Origin: Hormiphora californensis
Lineage: Eukaryota > Animalia > Ctenophora
Length of the DNA: 64,000 nt
Assembly: GCA_020137815.1 (NCBI GenBank)
Contig: CM035352.1
Coordinates: forward strand, 3,472,001-3,536,000
Direction: 5' to 3'
Made by a program: the position numbers and the translations under genes. Shown in pieces: positions 60,091 through 64,000 of the stretch (the stretch's first letter is position 1; each line of letters begins with the position of its first letter). The notes beneath the pieces are model-generated. The model was given only the letters and a program-made list of their open reading frames with translations. It was not told the DNA's origin and searched no databases.

Positions 60091-63000
60091 CCACTGTTTC
60101 TTTCACTATATCTCTCTTTTTTCTCTCTCCTCATATTTATCTCTCCGTCTTTCTTGATTATATCTCACCCTTTCTATTCTAATTTCCTTTGCCTTTATCT
60201 CTCTCGATATCCATCATTTATGACAGTTATAGCCTAAAGGTGTTACCCCCGTGACACCACATGGGCCCGGGCATCCAAACTAATTTATTTAATTGGTTTT
60301 TGGACTAAATTTCTGTTCTTTTTGGTGTAAAATAGAAAAAGCTATTTTTCGGATTTTTTTTCTGATTTCTGCATATTTTCGAATTTGAATAATTCATAAA
60401 TATGCGAATAACGACTAAACGGTGAGAGATACGACTTTTTGTCAGGGGGACGACCCCCCATAAATCGACTATTCTGCGCCGGAATATGTCCATGAAAACG
60501 TTCTAGGACCATCCGAAGTGGAAATATTAAGAATATGCATTAAATCATGAATCGGTGCATAAATATGCAAATAACGGCTTAACAGTGAGAGATGAGGATT
60601 TTTGTCCCGAGTAAGACCCCCCATAAATCGACTATTTTGCGTCGAAATATGTCCATGAAAACGTTCTAGGACCAGCTGAACTGGAAATATTCAGAATATG
60701 CATTAAATTATGAATCGGTGCATAATTATGCAAATAACGGCTAAACGGTTCGAGATACGACTTTTCGTCCGGGGGACGACCCCCCATAAATCGACTATTT
60801 TGCGTCGAAATATGTCCACGAAAACGTTCTAGGACCAGCCGAAGTGAAAATATTGAAAATATGCATAAAATCGTGAATAGGTGCATAAATATGCAAATGA
60901 CGGCTTAACGGTGCGAGATAGAGATTTTTGTCCCGAGTAAGACCCCCCATAAACCGACCGTTCCGCGTCGAATAAGACCGGTTTCAAGTCTTTATGACCT
61001 TCCAGTCGTGTCATATCGCAACCATGGTTAAAATGAATATTTAATGACTAATTAATGAATAATTAATGAACTATGGCGATTTCGAAGTTCTCACACAGCT
61101 ATTACCGAGCGCAATGATGTAAGGAACCACTGTTCCAAACGGCAAGTCTCTACTATTTGTGGTTTAGGAGAACACTCAAAGATAAAAAAGCGTCCTCCTC
61201 CCCCTCCCCCTCCCCCTCCCCTCCCCCTCCCCTCCCCCTCCTTACATTTTTGCATTTTGGGACCCCTCTGGCAAATTTTTACCTTACATCCGATCGTTCT
61301 GAAAATTTGCATGCCTCTTCTCCTATATGAGGGCCCTTAGAGTACAAAATTTCAGCTCTCTACTTCATCTAGAACATGCTTTTTTAAAGCATCAAAAACC
61401 TCGAAATCTGCAATGGTATATAGTAGCACTGGCAGGTTTTCACGCGCTTGTGTGTAGAAGTGTTGCGTGTGCTCTCTCTTTTGTTTTTTGAGTTAGAGGG
61501 TATTTCTAAGGTGGGGGCTCTGCCCCCACACCCCCGTTTGTGGTGGGGGCTGTGCCCCCACACCCCCCTTTTGGGCCCGGGGCACTTGCCAGTGCTATGA
61601 TACTCAATATCAAATCATGAAATTATTATTTTTTTAAATAATAACTTCATGATTGTTATTTCATACTCAAAAGTCAAAAGTAGGCGATGTTAAAATAATT
61701 GTACTTCCCAAATCCAATCTCATACTCAAAACCGTTTTTAAAAGGAGCGGCACAAATAAAGATACATTATATAAACTCATAATTAAAGAGAAACAACGAT
61801 TTTGCAGTACTAATATTCAATTAAGAACAGGAGCTTTCGACTGATCTATGTCAGACGTCTTTAGCTATAAACTCATAATTTCTTTCTCCCAGGGTCGACC
61901 CGTGGTCCAGCACAAGACCAGCACTGCCATCTACATGGTTTGGGAAAGTGCAGCTGCGTGCAGTTCCGATACCCTCACCAACCCTTCCCTTGCACCCTGC
62001 TATGTGTACGATAACGACAACACGCTATATGATCTGAGCGGGCTGTCTGGTGTCACATATCACATTCCAGTATCAACCAGTGGGGTTTACCTGGCGGTTT
62101 GTGGCGCTGTTACCGGAGAAAACTCTTGCGATGGTAGGTGATACCAGCAACCGACCGAATCAGGAAATACTGGTCCCTGATTGGTTGATAACCAGTCACG
62201 TGACCTAAATAACGAGTTCTGATTGGTTGTTTACTTGTTTCGGTCGGTTCCTGGTAGGTGATACATATTTTCACTGGACACTATACTAAGTTATCCACTG
62301 AATTGTGTTTACCTTATGATAATGGGTAGTGTTTTCTCTGTTGAGTTGCCCTCAACATTGATCCATGTAGTATATGGGGTATAAGTTAAGGTGACAGTGA
62401 TATATGAGGTAGGAACCGACCGAAACAAGTAAACAACCAATCAGAACTTGTTATTTAGGTCACGTGACTGGTTATCAGCCAATCAGGGACCAGTATTTCC
62501 TGATTCGGTCGGTTCCTGATTTGAGGTGAGAGGGGTTCCTAACATCTGTAAACTTACAGGCGGGTCAGCTTGTTACAAGCGTCCCAGCGGCGACAAGGAG
62601 AGTATTGGACATTTGAACTCTACGACTAAGCCTTCTGTGGAGAATGGATTGGTGACCCTAACTTATGAAAAGAAGAATATTGGTTCGACAACCTGTCCCA
62701 CCATTACCACCATAATCTCCTTTGTGTGTGATGAGAGAATGGTAAGATTGAGAGAGATGGGGAGGGAGTTGGAGGGAGGAAGAAATTGGGGGAGGGAGAG
62801 CGAGAGAGTCTGAACAAAGCTTTCTACGCACATTGTTGTGGGAGTGGGATGACCGATGATATAAGCAAAAATTTCAACCCCAAAAAAGGAACCATTATTA
62901 CACAGTGCTATATTACATTACAGCAAAGTGCACCAGTACTGGTCAATACAGATGTGTTGTGTCTGTGGTTGGTTAGGTGGAAAACACCCAACGCGTGTCC

Positions 63001-64000
63001 TGTGAAACCTGTCAAGGATATCGGTTGTAAAGTCCACGGTCCTGGCATCTGGTTTGATCTCACACCACTTCAATCAAAGGGTATGGAGTATGAAGCTAAC
63101 ATGCTAGTGTATGAAGTATTGAATATGGTGTGTTTCAAATTCTGCAACGATGAACAAAATTATTTGAGATGGGGAGTGTTGAACAAAGATTAATAATTAA
63201 TTAATTATACAAATTAAAAACAACGGTAGTTTTTTAATTAATTAATTAAGATAATGGGGATGAGTACATGATATTTTATCTCACCCCATCCTCCCAGTGT
63301 TCAACGTAACGGAAGGTGATCACCAGTTCTCACTATCGGTATGCGGTACTACAATACCCTGCGATGGGTCCACCTCATCAGGATGCATTACAAACCCTGA
63401 AATCGGAGACCAAAAATCCATGGGAAGTTATACGGAGGGGAATCTGGTGTGGGATGATACTGGTCTATCTCTTGTTCTGTCTGGAGGTGCTCAGTGCTCC
63501 AGGGGACCTGTTAGGTCTACCAAGGTGAGATTATTTTGTATTTTGACAGAATTAGGTGAGGGTTATGTATGAGTAATGCATGAGCCTTTTGGTTCTGAAA
63601 TAAACCCTTAGTCAACTAATTTATTGGTTGCCTGTTTTTTTAGTCCCAACTGTGTACTACCGTTTCGTTCACCCACTACTCTCACAGGTGGTATTTGTTT
63701 GTGATAAGACAGCTGGAGAGGGTAGTCCAGTGCTAGAGGAGGATGTGTATTGTTTCTACCCTTTTATATGGAAAACATCATACGCCTGCCCTACCTCACA
63801 GGTATATTACTAGGTCTGCCCATCTTCACATTACCCTACTACTAGGCTGTACTACCCCACGGGGCCCACTACTACCATATTTCTGTACTAGGCAGGCAGA
63901 CAGCTAATACCGGGAGTCGAGAGAGATTGACAGTGGTGTTAGTAGTGTAGGGTAGTGTGCAATTTCTGGATGGAGAATCAATCACTTCGCTGATGTGGCA
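59170..64000 (+). CDS. IGF2R: Cation-independent mannose-6-phosphate receptor-like protein (tandem MRH/CIMR repeats), continues past the window
   Basis: Signal peptide MRYVKGVLLLFLVTQVAA. Repeated MRH patterns (YDLSGL...VCG, FDLTPL, FVCD...G.P...C...F.WKT..ACP) in exons starting at about 59440, 59671, 61893, 62560, 62924, 63297, 63688, 63892. Confidence 0.85.
59863..60310. mobile_element. MITE with ~86-bp perfect TIRs enclosing a (CT)n tract
   Basis: atttagtccaaaaacc...ggctataactg / cagttatagcc...ggtttttggactaaat. Confidence 0.8.
60398..60975. repeat. ~163-bp tandem repeat, ~3.5 units, intronic
   Basis: Units start at about 60400, 60563, 60727 and 60890, each with gacccccc-ataaa. Confidence 0.85.

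Noticed and set aside
59841-61615. 16-bp inverted pair atttgatattgagtat/atactcaatatcaaat spanning most of IGF2R intron 3, as an intron-generating element
   Set aside because: No TSD, and the ends do not coincide with the splice sites (the right end is ~280 bp from the acceptor).

Overview
Intron-rich animal DNA, probably a cydippid ctenophore (Pleurobrachia/Hormiphora-like). That assignment is inferred from my recollection of the 109-bp CAGGAACCGACC MITE and a lineage-typical extracellular domain, and was not checked by search. Minus-strand genes: an intronless class I sirtuin, a 33-kb ephexin/SGEF-type DH-PH-SH3 RhoGEF with two alternative proline-rich first exons, and two small hypothetical multi-exon genes. 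Plus-strand genes: BUD23, a cation-independent mannose-6-phosphate receptor that runs off the window, and a small secreted-protein gene nested antisense in a RhoGEF intron. Non-coding DNA is dominated by foldback (palindromic) transposons. Main findings: (1) two unrelated foldback elements share a CGGTAGTATG terminus, exact 6-bp TSDs and 11-bp minisatellite arms; (2) local insertions are mirrored in both arms of large palindromes; (3) 50-90 bp micro-transposons have TTG...CAA ends and 8-9 bp TSDs; (4) an Academ-like element encloses decayed exons of a multi-PDZ gene; (5) an L2-like LINE has a canonical -1 frameshift heptamer where ORF1 and ORF2 overlap; (6) splice-acceptor AGs sit just before seven start codons and some gene spacings are operon-like. 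A 3.8-kb duplication and the adjacent noisy sequence (22947-33050) are probably an assembly artefact. All coordinates were read by eye and may be off by a few bases.
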